A stretch of DNA of 64,000 nt from Candidatus Latescibacterota bacterium (GCA_965203175.1 OZ241867.1:4320001-4384000), one strand, 5' to 3'; shown: positions 48,190 to 58,352, counted from the first letter of the stretch. The notes: generated by a model not told the origin, from the sequence alone. Translations and numbers: made by a program.

Positions 48190-49545
48190 GTGAATTGGCT
48201 CGACCGCGCTGTAGAGGCTTGTGAAGGTGCGCGTTGGGCCGAGGCTCTGGACTGGTGCGAACGCGGCCTAACGCAGGAGCCCGACGACTTGGAACTCCAG
48301 CACCGCAAAGGGCTTTGCCTCTTGGAACTGGGGGACGAACAAGCGGCCATCGCCGCACTGGAAGCGACCGCGACGAGTGGTCATCTAGAAAGTCACTACC
48401 AACTCGGTTTGCTCGCAATGCGCCAAGGGCGGCGGAACGCCCGGTTCCGCGATCAGTCGCTAGCGCACTTCGAGGCCATTGTGCGCGCGACTGAGGAAGG
48501 GCGCGAATACCCTGCCCTCGACCGCGTCTTTTTCGCTCTTGGTAGCCAGTACAACGAAGATCCACAGCGCCGTGAGGAAGCCATCCGCGCGTTCCGCCAA
48601 GGGTTGGCGATCAACCCGCTTTCCGCGGCTGGCCACAACAGTTTGGGCCAGCTTTTGCTGCAAGGCGGCCAAGTGTTAGGGGCGATGGGGGAATTCAAAG
48701 TCGCCATCCAACTCGACCCTAAGCTCAGTCAGCCGTACGCGAATTTGGCTCGTTTGTTTTTTCGCCATGTAAAACCCCCTGAATTAGAACAAGAATACCA
48801 GCACATCTGCGAGGAATTCAAGCAAAGCGCTCCGCAGGTCCTCGCACGTCTGTCGCTGGAAATGGTCGAGTTGGGAAAGGAACAGGTGTACGAGGGGTTT
48901 TACACGAAAGGGCATCGCATCAAAAACCTGATGGGGATCATCGGCAGCCGCTTGCGGGGGCTAGGGCGCAAGGCCGAAGGAAAGCAGCAGGGGGAGTTGA
49001 ATCGCTTAGGGGGCGAATACGAGGCTCTGTACGACGAGTGGGTGGGGTTCTTGGAAGCGATGAAAACGGATAAAATCCATCCGGCGGTAATCGATCTCGG
49101 ACGCTTAGTGCGCCGGGTGACCGCCGGATTTGACCGCCAAATTTGGAAAGCCGCGATTCAGACGCGAGTTCAAGAGGGCTTACCGCGCGTGGAGGCCGAT
49201 GAGCGGATGCTGCGCGAGGCCATTACCAACCTCTGCCTCAACGCCTTGGAGATTCTCGAAGAAAACCACGGCGGCCGAGTGGTGTTGGGAGCTGGCTACG
49301 ACGAGGAGCAGTCGCTAGTCTTTATTGAGGTCGAGGACGATGGGCCAGGCATTGAGGAAGAGCATTTGGAATTGATATTTGAGCCTGGATTTACCACTAG
49401 GGAGCGGGGCAATGGCTATGGCTTGAGCATTGCGCGCCGCATTGTCCAAGCCCATCAAGGCGTGCTGCGAGTCAAGAGCAGAAAGGGACATGGAACTGTT
49501 TTTCGGCTCGATCTGCCGCTCAATTTCGCGGGCGGCGAGACCTAG
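48190..49545 (+). CDS. Soluble histidine kinase with N-terminal TPR repeats
   Basis: TPR helices (SHYQLG, VFFALG, GHNSLG, PYANLA); H-box GHRIKNLMG; N-box EAITNLCLNA; DDGPGI; IFEPGFTT; GNGYGL. No evident TM. Confidence 0.88.
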   Translation: MNWLDRAVEACEGARWAEALDWCERGLTQEPDDLELQHRKGLCLLELGDEQAAIAALEATATSGHLESHYQLGLLAMRQGRRNARFRDQSLAHFEAIVRATEEGREYPALDRVFFALGSQYNEDPQRREEAIRAFRQGLAINPLSAAGHNSLGQLLLQGGQVLGAMGEFKVAIQLDPKLSQPYANLARLFFRHVKPPELEQEYQHICEEFKQSAPQVLARLSLEMVELGKEQVYEGFYTKGHRIKNLMGIIGSRLRGLGRKAEGKQQGELNRLGGEYEALYDEWVGFLEAMKTDKIHPAVIDLGRLVRRVTAGFDRQIWKAAIQTRVQEGLPRVEADERMLREAITNLCLNALEILEENHGGRVVLGAGYDEEQSLVFIEVEDDGPGIEEEHLELIFEPGFTTRERGNGYGLSIARRIVQAHQGVLRVKSRKGHGTVFRLDLPLNFAGGET

Positions 49546-49572
49546 CCTTTCAGTGATTGAACGAGGACGGGC

Positions 49573-50991
49573 ATGGCAGGCAAAAAACAGAAAGCTGTCT
49601 TAATCGCCGATGACCAGCAGGAGTTGCGCGAGATACTGGCGGAGAAACTGCGCAGCTTAGACAAGGAGGTCCTCTCGTTTTCCAATGGCCAGCGTTTGCT
49701 CGGGCATCTGGCTGCTAGGCCGACGGACGTCGAACTCGTGGTGCTAGACTTTGACTTTGGCGTTGGCCAGCCCAATGGCCTCGAAGTGCTGAAAGAGATC
49801 AAAAAGCAGTGGGCCGAGCTGCCGGTTATTATCCTCACGGGCAAGGGGAGCGTCGACTTAGCGGTCGAAGCGGTGCAGGCCGGAGCAGCGGATTTTATCG
49901 AGAAGGACTTATACGTAGAAGACAAGCTCGAAGTGGAGATGGAAAAGGTCGAGCGGATGTTGGCGGTATTGCGCGAAAACGCCCGCCTCAAGGCCGAAAA
50001 TGAGACCCTAGATCGCGATAACACCTTTTACCGGACCCAACTAGGCCAGCGCTATCAGGTCGTCAGCCGGAGTCCTCTGATTCAGAACCTACTCAAGCAA
50101 GTTGAACAGGTCTCCTCCATACCGCGGCCCGTGCTGATCTGCGGCGAGCGCGGCACTGGAAAGGAACTGATCGCCGCCGCCTTGCACTATGGGAGCAACC
50201 GCCGCGAGCGGGCCTTTGTCAAGCTGAACTGTGCAGCGCTGTCGGATACCCTACTCGAAAGCGAGTTGTTTGGCCACGAGAAAGGGGCCTTTACAGGCGC
50301 GACTGAAATGCGCCACGGCCGCTTTGAAGCCGCCGATGGCGGCACGCTCTTTCTCGATGAGATCGGCAATACTTCGCTGGACTTCCAAAAAAACGTATTG
50401 CGCGTCATAGAATACCAAGAATTTGAACGCACGGGTGGGACGCAGACGATCCACGTTGACGTGCGCGTCGTGGCGGCGACCAACGCGGATATAGAGCGAG
50501 AAATAGCCAGTGGACAATTCCGCGCCGACCTCTACGACCGTCTGCGGTTTAGCGTGCTCCAGCTACCGCCCTTGCGGGAGCGGCCCGAGGACATTCGGCC
50601 CCTGGTTACTTACTTTACTCAGCAGATATGTGACGAGGTACCTGCGATCGAACGACGTCCGTTCGCCGAAGACGTTTTGGCCACGCTAGAGACCTACGCT
50701 TGGCCGGGCAATGTGCGCGAACTCAAATTTGCTGTCGAGCGCGCCCTCTGCGTCGCGCAAGGGGACGAAGTGGGTGTGGAGGACTTGCCCCCGGAAGTGC
50801 TCGGCGACAGCGGCGTTGACCTTCCTGAGGGGGGCAGTTTCGACGAACAAGTCGAGCGCGTGGAACGAGGCTTGCTCGATGGCGCGCTCGCCCAAGCGGG
50901 CGGGCGGCAGAAAGACGCGGCCCAGCAATTGGGATTGACCTATGACCGCTTTCGACACCTACTCCGCAAATACCAAATCACCGCTAAATAA
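49573..50991 (+). CDS. Sigma-54-dependent response regulator: receiver + PspF-like AAA+ + HTH
   Basis: IADD...VLD...LTG...K receiver; PVLICGERGTGKELIA..LHY, GAFTGA, WPGNVRELK; HTH LGLTYDRFRHLLRKY. Confidence 0.92.
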   Translation: MAGKKQKAVLIADDQQELREILAEKLRSLDKEVLSFSNGQRLLGHLAARPTDVELVVLDFDFGVGQPNGLEVLKEIKKQWAELPVIILTGKGSVDLAVEAVQAGAADFIEKDLYVEDKLEVEMEKVERMLAVLRENARLKAENETLDRDNTFYRTQLGQRYQVVSRSPLIQNLLKQVEQVSSIPRPVLICGERGTGKELIAAALHYGSNRRERAFVKLNCAALSDTLLESELFGHEKGAFTGATEMRHGRFEAADGGTLFLDEIGNTSLDFQKNVLRVIEYQEFERTGGTQTIHVDVRVVAATNADIEREIASGQFRADLYDRLRFSVLQLPPLRERPEDIRPLVTYFTQQICDEVPAIERRPFAEDVLATLETYAWPGNVRELKFAVERALCVAQGDEVGVEDLPPEVLGDSGVDLPEGGSFDEQVERVERGLLDGALAQAGGRQKDAAQQLGLTYDRFRHLLRKYQITAK

Positions 50992-51078
50992 CCATCTGTG
51001 CCTCTGGGTCGAGCCTTGTTGACAGTGGGAAAGCGCCGGGTATATTAACCGCAAGGTTCTCATACGGGCGAGAGGCGC

Positions 51079-51402
51079 ATGGAAAAAGTTTACAAAGTCG
51101 AGACTACCCTTTCCCACAGTTTGGCCGAACTCTATGCTGGCCTCGAAGAGGAGTTCGCCAATAAAAGCAGTATCCCCCTCTCGGACATGAACCGCACGTT
51201 GTTGCAAACGGGCTTGATCCACCACCTGACGATGATGAGCGGACTGGGGCTGATCGAGCCGGAGAAAGCCGAGCGGCTGCACGAGTTGATCGACCAAGTA
51301 GCAAAGGATACCATACTTTGGGACATCTTGCAGATGGTGCGGACCTACTGGCGGGATTGCGGGTCTGGTGGTCCGGGCAACTCCAGCGGTCTCAACGCCT
51401 GA
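51079..51402 (+). CDS. Hypothetical protein
   Basis: 107-aa ORF with GAGG RBS and an upstream TTGACA...TATATT promoter-like sequence. No motif recognised. Confidence 0.65.
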   Translation: MEKVYKVETTLSHSLAELYAGLEEEFANKSSIPLSDMNRTLLQTGLIHHLTMMSGLGLIEPEKAERLHELIDQVAKDTILWDILQMVRTYWRDCGSGGPGNSSGLNA

Positions 51403-51452
51403 TGTGGTGCTTATAACTTGTTGTATGGATTGTAGTTCAGGGGAATGTGTGG

Positions 51453-51481
51453 TTGACAACCTCCGTGGCTACAAGTATTAT
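51453..51481 (+). promoter_or_regulatory. Sigma-70-type promoter for iscU-like/sod/prx
   Basis: TTGACA-17 bp-TATTAT. Confidence 0.7.
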
Positions 51482-51527
51482 ACAACCCGTTTCTTGAACC
51501 TCTTTATTAGGCTATTGAAGCGAGCAG

Positions 51528-51905
51528 ATGACCTCCTTTAGCGCAGCGGTTTTCGACCACTACCGGCATCCTCGCAACGCTGGGCAAATCGATGATGCCA
51601 ATGCCTCGGGGCAAGCCGAGAATCAGGCCTGCGGCGATGCGATGCAGCTTTTTGCCCGCGTCGAAGACGGCCGCATCGTTCGCGCTAGCTGTAAGACCTT
51701 TGGTTGCGCCCCCTCGGTCGCGGCTGGTTCGGTGCTCACCGAGTTGCTAGCAGACTTATTGTTGGCGGACGCAGCCCAGCTAAAGCCGGCAGCTATTGAG
51801 GAGGCACTAGGGGGACTACCGCCAATGAAGCGCCACGCTGCCCAACTAGCCGTTGACGCGACTCAAGCCTTAGTGAAAAACTACCAGGCCAGGACGGCCT
51901 CCTAA
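51528..51905 (+). CDS. IscU/NifU-N family Fe-S scaffold-like protein
   Basis: V.DHY..PRN.G, ACGD, KTFGC, LGGLPP.K.HA. Confidence 0.85.
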   Translation: MTSFSAAVFDHYRHPRNAGQIDDANASGQAENQACGDAMQLFARVEDGRIVRASCKTFGCAPSVAAGSVLTELLADLLLADAAQLKPAAIEEALGGLPPMKRHAAQLAVDATQALVKNYQARTAS

Positions 51906-51951
51906 CGCATTCACACTCTGCGTTTTAACCTCAAGCCGAAAGGATTGCACC

Positions 51952-52572
51952 ATGGCTCACTCTCTTCCCGATCTCCCCTATGCCTATGACGCGTTAGAAC
52001 CGATCATAGATGCCCGGACCATGGAGATTCACCACACTAAGCATCACAACACCTATGTGACCAGCCTCAACACCGCGCTCGAAGGGCACGACGACTTGGC
52101 TGCTAAAAGCGCCGAAGACCTCATCAGCGACCTCGACGCCGTCCCCGCGGACATCAGTACGGCGGTGCGCAACCACGGCGGCGGTCATGCCAACCATAGC
52201 CTATTTTGGCAGATCATGGCTCCAGCGGGAGAGCGCGGCGAGCCTTCGGCTGAGCTCATCGCCGCCGCCGAAGCCAAATTTGGCAGTCAAGACGCAGCCC
52301 GCGAAGCCTTCGTGGATGCCGCAACCAAGCGATTCGGCAGCGGCTGGGCTTGGGTCGTAGTCAAGGACGGCGAGCTCGACATTCTCAGCACCGCCAATCA
52401 GGATAATCCCCTAATGGACGGTAGCGGAGTTCCCATCCTCGGCATTGATGTTTGGGAACACGCCTATTATCTCAACTACCAAAACCGTCGGCCCGACTAC
52501 ATCGCCGCTTGGATTGAGACTGTCAACTGGAACGAAGTCAATCGCCGCTTTGCCGAGACGACGGGGAGTTAG
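51952..52572 (+). CDS. sodA: Fe/Mn superoxide dismutase (probably Mn type)
   Basis: [41 protein letters not shown]. Confidence 0.95.
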   Translation: MAHSLPDLPYAYDALEPIIDARTMEIHHTKHHNTYVTSLNTALEGHDDLAAKSAEDLISDLDAVPADISTAVRNHGGGHANHSLFWQIMAPAGERGEPSAELIAAAEAKFGSQDAAREAFVDAATKRFGSGWAWVVVKDGELDILSTANQDNPLMDGSGVPILGIDVWEHAYYLNYQNRRPDYIAAWIETVNWNEVNRRFAETTGS

Positions 52573-52575
52573 CAG

Positions 52576-53043
52576 ATGGCGATTCAAGTAGGAGATACAG
52601 CGCCCGCGTTCACTCTCAAGAATGCGGATATGGAGGACGTAAGCCTCGGGGATTTCGCCGGTAAGAACGTCGTCTTGCTCTTCGTGCCGCTGGCTTTCAC
52701 CGGCGTTTGTACGCAGGAGTTGTGCGAGATTTCCGCCGGCATCAACGCGTACCAAGAGCTCGATGCCCAGGTTTTGGGAATCAGCGTCGATAGTCCGTTT
52801 AGCCTCAGCGCTTGGGCCGAAAAGGAAGGTATTAAGATTCCACTGCTCAGCGATTTCAACAAGGAGGTATCCGCTGGGTACGGTGCCCAGCACGAAGACC
52901 TGTTGGGCTTTAAAGGCGTCGCCAAGCGCTCGGCCTTTGTCGTCGATGAGCAAGGTATCGTTCGCTACGCTTGGGTGTCCGACAATCCCAAGGTTCTGCC
53001 GGATTTTGCGGCCATTAGGGCTTGTTTGCAATCGCTCAACTGA
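52576..53043 (+). CDS. Peroxiredoxin (AhpC/TSA family)
   Basis: P.AFTGVCT.E.C, ISVDS, LLSDFN, RS.FV.D..G. Confidence 0.9.
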   Translation: MAIQVGDTAPAFTLKNADMEDVSLGDFAGKNVVLLFVPLAFTGVCTQELCEISAGINAYQELDAQVLGISVDSPFSLSAWAEKEGIKIPLLSDFNKEVSAGYGAQHEDLLGFKGVAKRSAFVVDEQGIVRYAWVSDNPKVLPDFAAIRACLQSLN

Positions 53044-53064
53044 AGCACTTCGTTTTCACAATAG

Positions 53065-53100
53065 AGTGGGGCAAGGCACAGACGGCTTTGCCCCACTGTT
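53065..53100 (+). terminator. Hairpin after the peroxiredoxin gene
   Basis: AGTGGGGCAAGGC...GCTTTGCCCCACT followed by GTTT. Confidence 0.6.
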
Positions 53101-53127
53101 TATAGAGCCCGCAAAGGAAGGTGCGCA

Positions 53128-53754
53128 ATGGAAGATGTGACGGCAGGGTCGCTCGGCGAGCGAGATACTCCGAGCTGGCTCCAGGGCCAGAACAAGGCCA
53201 AGGCCGCCGAAATAGCCGGTTATTTCGCCCAGATCATGCAGGTTTTAGGGCTCGACTTGAGCGACCCGCACTTGCGGGGAACTCCGGACCGCGTCGGGCG
53301 GATGTACATGGAGATCTTTCGGGAACTGGACGACCAAGGCGAACCGGAGATTACTTGTTTTCCCAATAGCGATGGCTACGACAACATGGTGATCGTCAAG
53401 GACATCGAGTTCTTTTCGGTTTGTTCCCACCACATAATCCCGTTTTTCGGCAAGGCGCACATAGCCTACATACCTGGGGACGCGATCGTCGGCTTGAGCA
53501 AAATCGTGCGCATTGTCGAATTCTACGCCCGCCGGCCCCAACTACAAGAGCGTCTCACTCAGCAAATTGTGGACTTCCTCGAAGCCAAGTTGGCACCCAA
53601 AGGATCTATCGTCGTAATGGAGGCCCGGCATTTGTGCATGGAGATGCGGGGGGTGGAAAGGCCCGGGGCGGTGACGACCACTTCGGCGCTCCGGGGCCGT
53701 TTTGCCGAGCCGATAGTGCGCGAGGAATTTTTCAACTTAATCAAGAAAGATTGA
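53128..53754 (+). CDS. folE: GTP cyclohydrolase I
   Basis: TPDRV, CSHH..PF.G, GLSK, RRPQLQERLT, H.CM.MRG, TS. Confidence 0.95.
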   Translation: MEDVTAGSLGERDTPSWLQGQNKAKAAEIAGYFAQIMQVLGLDLSDPHLRGTPDRVGRMYMEIFRELDDQGEPEITCFPNSDGYDNMVIVKDIEFFSVCSHHIIPFFGKAHIAYIPGDAIVGLSKIVRIVEFYARRPQLQERLTQQIVDFLEAKLAPKGSIVVMEARHLCMEMRGVERPGAVTTTSALRGRFAEPIVREEFFNLIKKD

Positions 53755-53773
53755 AGCAGCATTGGACGAACCC

Positions 53774-55129
53774 ATGTCTGAGATTCAAGAGCAGGTGCTG
53801 ACGCCTCCTACCAGTGCGCTAGTCGATATCTCCCACCGGGACTTGCGCGACGACGAGTATTGGCGCGCCATTCCCGCCTATGCCGATTTGCGTGCCGATG
53901 AGTTCCACGAGCACCGCTTTCAGAGCCGCAATAGCGTGACGAGCTTGAAGAAACTGCGGGAGGTACTCGGTGGCGTCGTTTCAGAGGCGTTTTATCGAGA
54001 TGTCGAACAGGGACTTTTGCGCTCGCCGATGAGCCTGCGGATTTCTCCATATCTACTGAGCTTGATCGACTGGTCGGAGCCAGCCGAGGATCCACTGCGC
54101 ATTCAGTTTCTGCCCATGGGGTCGCGGATGCGGCCCGATCATCCGGAACTCGCCCTAGACTCACTACACGAGCAAATGGATTCCCCCGTGCCGGGTCTGA
54201 CGCATCGCTACGCCGACCGGGCGCTGTTCCTGACGCTCGACACCTGCCCGGTGTACTGTCGTTTCTGCACCCGCTCCTATGCGGTAGGGTTGGATACCGA
54301 GGATGTGGAGAAAGTGCATTTCGGCGCTGTTGCTCAGCGATGGGAGCAGGTTTTTGCCTATATCTCTTCGCGACCCGAGTTAGAAGACATCGTCATCAGT
54401 GGCGGCGATGTAGCCAACCTCAAGGCTGAACACATCGAATACATCGGTACTCGCTTACTCAACATTGAGCATGTGCGGCGGATGCGCTACGCGACGAAAG
54501 CTCCGGCGATTATGCCGCAGAAACTCGTCACAGACCGAGAGTGGGTCGATGCCCTAGCGCGGGTTGTCGAAGCAGGACGCAAGGTCCATAAGGAAGTCTC
54601 GCTGCACACGCATTTCAACCATCCGCGCGAAATCACGGCCATCAGCGGCCGCGCGCTCGACGAATTGATGGAGCGCGGCATCTGGGTACGCAACCAAGCC
54701 GTCTTGCAAAGGGGTGTCAACGACGACGTTGACATCATGCAGCATCTCGTGCGGCGGCTTAGCTACCTCAACGTGCATCCGTATTACACCTTTGTCCACG
54801 ATATGGTGCGTGGGGTTGAAGAGCTGCGCACAACCTTAGCGACGGCGATCGACTTAGAAAAGGCGGTTCGGGGGCGGACCGCAGGGTTCAATACACCGGC
54901 GTTTGTACTCGACACCATGGGGGGTGGTGGGAAGCGCGATGTCCACTCCTATGAACACTACGATCGCCAGACGGGTATTGCCATATTTACTAGTCCGGCT
55001 GTGCGGCCTGGCGAGGTCTTCTTTTTTTATGATCCCCTAGATGCGCTCGACCCGCAGATCGCCCAGCGCTGGAGTAACCCGGCCGAACGCGCGATCATGA
55101 GGCAAGCGGCGCTAAAGGCCGTCCTCTAG
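53774..55129 (+). CDS. KamA-family radical SAM aminomutase (lysine 2,3-aminomutase-like)
   Basis: SPVPGLTHRY, CPVYCRFCTR, SGGD, THFNHP.E, NQ.VL.RGVND, GGGGK (PLP Lys). Alternative TTG start at 53762. Confidence 0.9.
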   Translation: MSEIQEQVLTPPTSALVDISHRDLRDDEYWRAIPAYADLRADEFHEHRFQSRNSVTSLKKLREVLGGVVSEAFYRDVEQGLLRSPMSLRISPYLLSLIDWSEPAEDPLRIQFLPMGSRMRPDHPELALDSLHEQMDSPVPGLTHRYADRALFLTLDTCPVYCRFCTRSYAVGLDTEDVEKVHFGAVAQRWEQVFAYISSRPELEDIVISGGDVANLKAEHIEYIGTRLLNIEHVRRMRYATKAPAIMPQKLVTDREWVDALARVVEAGRKVHKEVSLHTHFNHPREITAISGRALDELMERGIWVRNQAVLQRGVNDDVDIMQHLVRRLSYLNVHPYYTFVHDMVRGVEELRTTLATAIDLEKAVRGRTAGFNTPAFVLDTMGGGGKRDVHSYEHYDRQTGIAIFTSPAVRPGEVFFFYDPLDALDPQIAQRWSNPAERAIMRQAALKAVL

Positions 55130-55234
55130 GCTCTATCGAGCGAGAAACTGCGAGGGCCGGCATTTGCCCTTGTGGACTCTTATACCTTATCTATTAGTAA
55201 TAATTAAACCTTAAGACCATCAAGGCTTACAGCA

Positions 55235-56908
55235 ATGAACTATCCAGATATGATCCAAGCATTAGTGGGATTGGGCCTGCTCGCTTTGGGAGGTGGTCTG
55301 GGTTTTCTGCTGAATTACCTATTAAAAAAGGGTGTCCTGCCCCAAGTGGAGAGAGAGGCAGAAGACCGAGTGCGGCAGCAGCTAGCCGAAGAAGAGCGCA
55401 CGGTGCGGCTGAGCTTGATTGAGGAGCGGGATGACTGGTATAAAACTAAAGCCCGTCAAGAGGCCGAGTTAGAGGATCAATTGGCCGATCTGAATCGCCG
55501 CGATAAGAGTTTGGCACAGCTTGTGCGCGACCTCAATAGCCAGAAAGAAGAGCAGAGCCGGGCGTGGAACCGCCTCAAGAATCAGGAGCGGCGGATTGTC
55601 CAGCGAGAGCGGACCCTCAAAGAAGCAGAAAAGGAACTGGGCCAGATGCGCGTCGAGTACCAGCAACGTCTAGAACTGGCCAGTGGGCTGCCCGCGGACG
55701 AGGCGCGCGAACAGATGATGGAGCATCTGTCCAGCGAGGTCCGCGGACGAGCGGCGGCTATGATCCGCAGCGAGCGCACCAAGGTGAAGGAGGAGTCGGA
55801 TCGAGAGGCCAAAAAAATCATCGCCCAAGCCATTCAGCGCTGTGCAGTTGAAGAGACCGTCCACTTGGTCACTTCGACAGTGCCCTTACCCAACGAGGGG
55901 ATTAAAAGCCGCATCATCGGCAAGGAAGGGCGGAACGTGCGCGCATTTGAGACGGCGACCGGAGTCAAAGTGGTGGTCGATGATACGCCCGACGCGGTGT
56001 TGCTTTCGTCCTACGATCCAGCGCGACGCGAAGTGGCCAGCCGTGCGATGCATCAGCTAATCGGCGGCGGTGGCTTCACCCCGACCAAGATCGAAGAAGT
56101 GGTAGAGGAATGCCGTAAGGCCTTAGACAAAGACATGGTCGAGGTCGGCAAGAGTGTCCTCAGCGAGATTGGGGCCAACCAATACCACGCCGATTTGCCT
56201 TATTACGTGGGCATGCTCAAATATCGCGCTAGCTTTGGGCAAAACCTCCTACAGCACTGCCTAGAGGTCGCCCATTTGTCAGGGGGGATGGCCGCTGAGG
56301 TAGGATTAGATGTGTCGTTGGCCAAGCGGGCGGGTCTCTTGCACGATATCGGCAAGACCGTTAGCAAGGAGATGGAAGGGGGCCACGTCGAATTGGGCAT
56401 TAAGCTAGGCGAACGATTCGACGAGGATCCGATCGTCAAGGAAGTTATCGCCGAGCACCACGAGGACCACGAGCGCCTTTCCCCGATCTGTTTCTTGGTC
56501 AAGGCGGCCGATACCATATCGTCGATCCGGCCTGGGGGGCGGCGCGAAGACCTTGAGGGCTATACCCGCCGCATCATGCGCTTGGAAGAGATCGCGACTT
56601 CGTTCGCGGGCGTCAAAGACGTGTACGCCATCAACGCTGGCCGCGAAATCCGCGTCATGGTCTGCGGCGAGCAGATCGGGGATGAAGACGCGGAGATTCT
56701 TGCGTTTGATATAGCCGAGCGCGTCAAAGCCGAATTGACCTTTGCCGGCCAAGTTAAGGTCGTGGTGGTGCGCCAGACGCAGGTGGTGCGCCATACCGAG
56801 CGGGGCCGTGGCGACCGACGCAACAACGACGTCCGCAATGGAAGTGGTCGTCGGCCGCGCAACGGGAGCCGCAGAGGGGGCGACAACGGCGCAATCCGCC
56901 CCAACTGA
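55235..56908 (+). CDS. rny: Ribonuclease Y
   Basis: N-terminal TM, coiled coil, KH domain (RIIGKEGRN.R), HD domain (LLHDIGK), RPG.R.E, GREIRV. Confidence 0.95.
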   Translation: MNYPDMIQALVGLGLLALGGGLGFLLNYLLKKGVLPQVEREAEDRVRQQLAEEERTVRLSLIEERDDWYKTKARQEAELEDQLADLNRRDKSLAQLVRDLNSQKEEQSRAWNRLKNQERRIVQRERTLKEAEKELGQMRVEYQQRLELASGLPADEAREQMMEHLSSEVRGRAAAMIRSERTKVKEESDREAKKIIAQAIQRCAVEETVHLVTSTVPLPNEGIKSRIIGKEGRNVRAFETATGVKVVVDDTPDAVLLSSYDPARREVASRAMHQLIGGGGFTPTKIEEVVEECRKALDKDMVEVGKSVLSEIGANQYHADLPYYVGMLKYRASFGQNLLQHCLEVAHLSGGMAAEVGLDVSLAKRAGLLHDIGKTVSKEMEGGHVELGIKLGERFDEDPIVKEVIAEHHEDHERLSPICFLVKAADTISSIRPGGRREDLEGYTRRIMRLEEIATSFAGVKDVYAINAGREIRVMVCGEQIGDEDAEILAFDIAERVKAELTFAGQVKVVVVRQTQVVRHTERGRGDRRNNDVRNGSGRRPRNGSRRGGDNGAIRPN

Positions 56909-56909
56909 G

Positions 56910-58076
56910 ATGGCTGGTGAGCACAAAAAAATCGTCGTGCTCGGCTGCACCGGATCTATTGGCGACACATGTTTCAAGGTCCTCGAAAACTTGGGAGACG
57001 GGTACGAGGTTCTGGGCTTGGGCGGTGGGACCAAGGTCGAAAAGCTGATCGCACGTGCCCGCCACTGGCAGCCGCAAAGAATTTGTGTCCTAGACGCCGA
57101 GGCTAGAAAACAGGTGCAGAGTGCAGTGTCACGGGTCGAGGTGGTTTGCGGCGAAGAGGGGTTGTGCGAGCTAGCCACCATGCCGGAGGCCGATCTAGTA
57201 ATCAATGGACTCGTCGGTGCTGTCGGCCTCGCTCCGACGCTCGCGGCGTTGGCACAGGGCAAGACCGTGGCCATGGCCAACAAGGAGCCCCTGGTTATGG
57301 CCGGCGGGCTAATTTTGCAGCAGGCCCAGCGCGGTGGTGGGGCCGTGCTGCCGTTAGACAGCGAGCCCAATGCCATTTGGCAGTGTCTGAAGGGCGAAAA
57401 TCGCAAAAGCCTGCAGCGAATCATCCTCACGGCCTCTGGGGGGCCGTTTTGGGGACACAGCCGCGAGCAAATGCGCGACATTACCCCAGAGCAGGCCATC
57501 GATCACCCCACTTGGAAAATGGGCCCCAAGATCAGCGTGGATTCAGCAACCCTGATGAACAAGGGCTTTGAAGTTATCGAAGCTGCTTGGCTCTTTGGCA
57601 TAGCGGTCGAACAAGTGGATGTGGTCGTCCACCGCCAGTCGGTTGTACATGCACTGGTTGAATTCGCCGATGGATCGCTGTTGGCTCACATGGGCAAGAC
57701 CGATATGATGCTACCGATCCAATACGCGCTAACCCACCCAGAACGGCGTAAGGTACCTCTCGGCAACCTCGATCTCAAGCAAGTAGGCCAACTGAGTTTC
57801 GCCGCTCCGGACAGAGCAAATTTCCCTGGTCTGGATCTGTGCTATGAAGCAGGCCGGAGCGGAGGTACCTCTCCAGCCGCCCTCAACGCGGCCAATGAAG
57901 AGGCTGTGGAAGCCTTTTTGGCACGGCAAATCGGTTTCCTCGATATCGCCGACCTGAACCGCGACGTACTTGCACGTTGCGGCACGCAGGAGACCGTTTC
58001 CCTCGAATCCATACTAGACGAGGACCGCTTCGCACGGCAGCTGGCCCGGGAGTGGGTCGCCGGGCAGGCTGGATAA
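56910..58076 (+). CDS. dxr: 1-deoxy-D-xylulose-5-phosphate reductoisomerase
   Basis: LGCTGSIG, ANKE, P.DSE, LTASGGPF, HPTW.MG.KISVDSATLMNKG.E, NAANE. Confidence 0.96.
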   Translation: MAGEHKKIVVLGCTGSIGDTCFKVLENLGDGYEVLGLGGGTKVEKLIARARHWQPQRICVLDAEARKQVQSAVSRVEVVCGEEGLCELATMPEADLVINGLVGAVGLAPTLAALAQGKTVAMANKEPLVMAGGLILQQAQRGGGAVLPLDSEPNAIWQCLKGENRKSLQRIILTASGGPFWGHSREQMRDITPEQAIDHPTWKMGPKISVDSATLMNKGFEVIEAAWLFGIAVEQVDVVVHRQSVVHALVEFADGSLLAHMGKTDMMLPIQYALTHPERRKVPLGNLDLKQVGQLSFAAPDRANFPGLDLCYEAGRSGGTSPAALNAANEEAVEAFLARQIGFLDIADLNRDVLARCGTQETVSLESILDEDRFARQLAREWVAGQAG

Positions 58077-58079
58077 TTT

Positions 58080-58352
58080 ATGGCGGAAGACACTAACGCA
58101 GCACGGTACAAAGCACTGGCGCTATGCCAGAAGATGATCCGCATCAACACCGGGATCATACTCGCGGCTTTCACACTCATCATCGTCCTTACCACGGTCT
58201 CGACAGCGGAGTGGGTGCGAGCGACTGGCAAGGCGCTCTACTATATCATCGCGTTGCAAGCCCTCGCGTCAGTGGGGACTTGGTACTACCGCAAACGCTT
58301 GGAGAAAGCGCTGGTAGGAGTCGAGGAAAATAGCTCGTATGGAGACCATTAA
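58080..58352 (+). CDS. Small two-TM membrane protein
   Basis: 90 aa with two hydrophobic segments, tightly packed between dxr and queD. Confidence 0.65.
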   Translation: MAEDTNAARYKALALCQKMIRINTGIILAAFTLIIVLTTVSTAEWVRATGKALYYIIALQALASVGTWYYRKRLEKALVGVEENSSYGDH

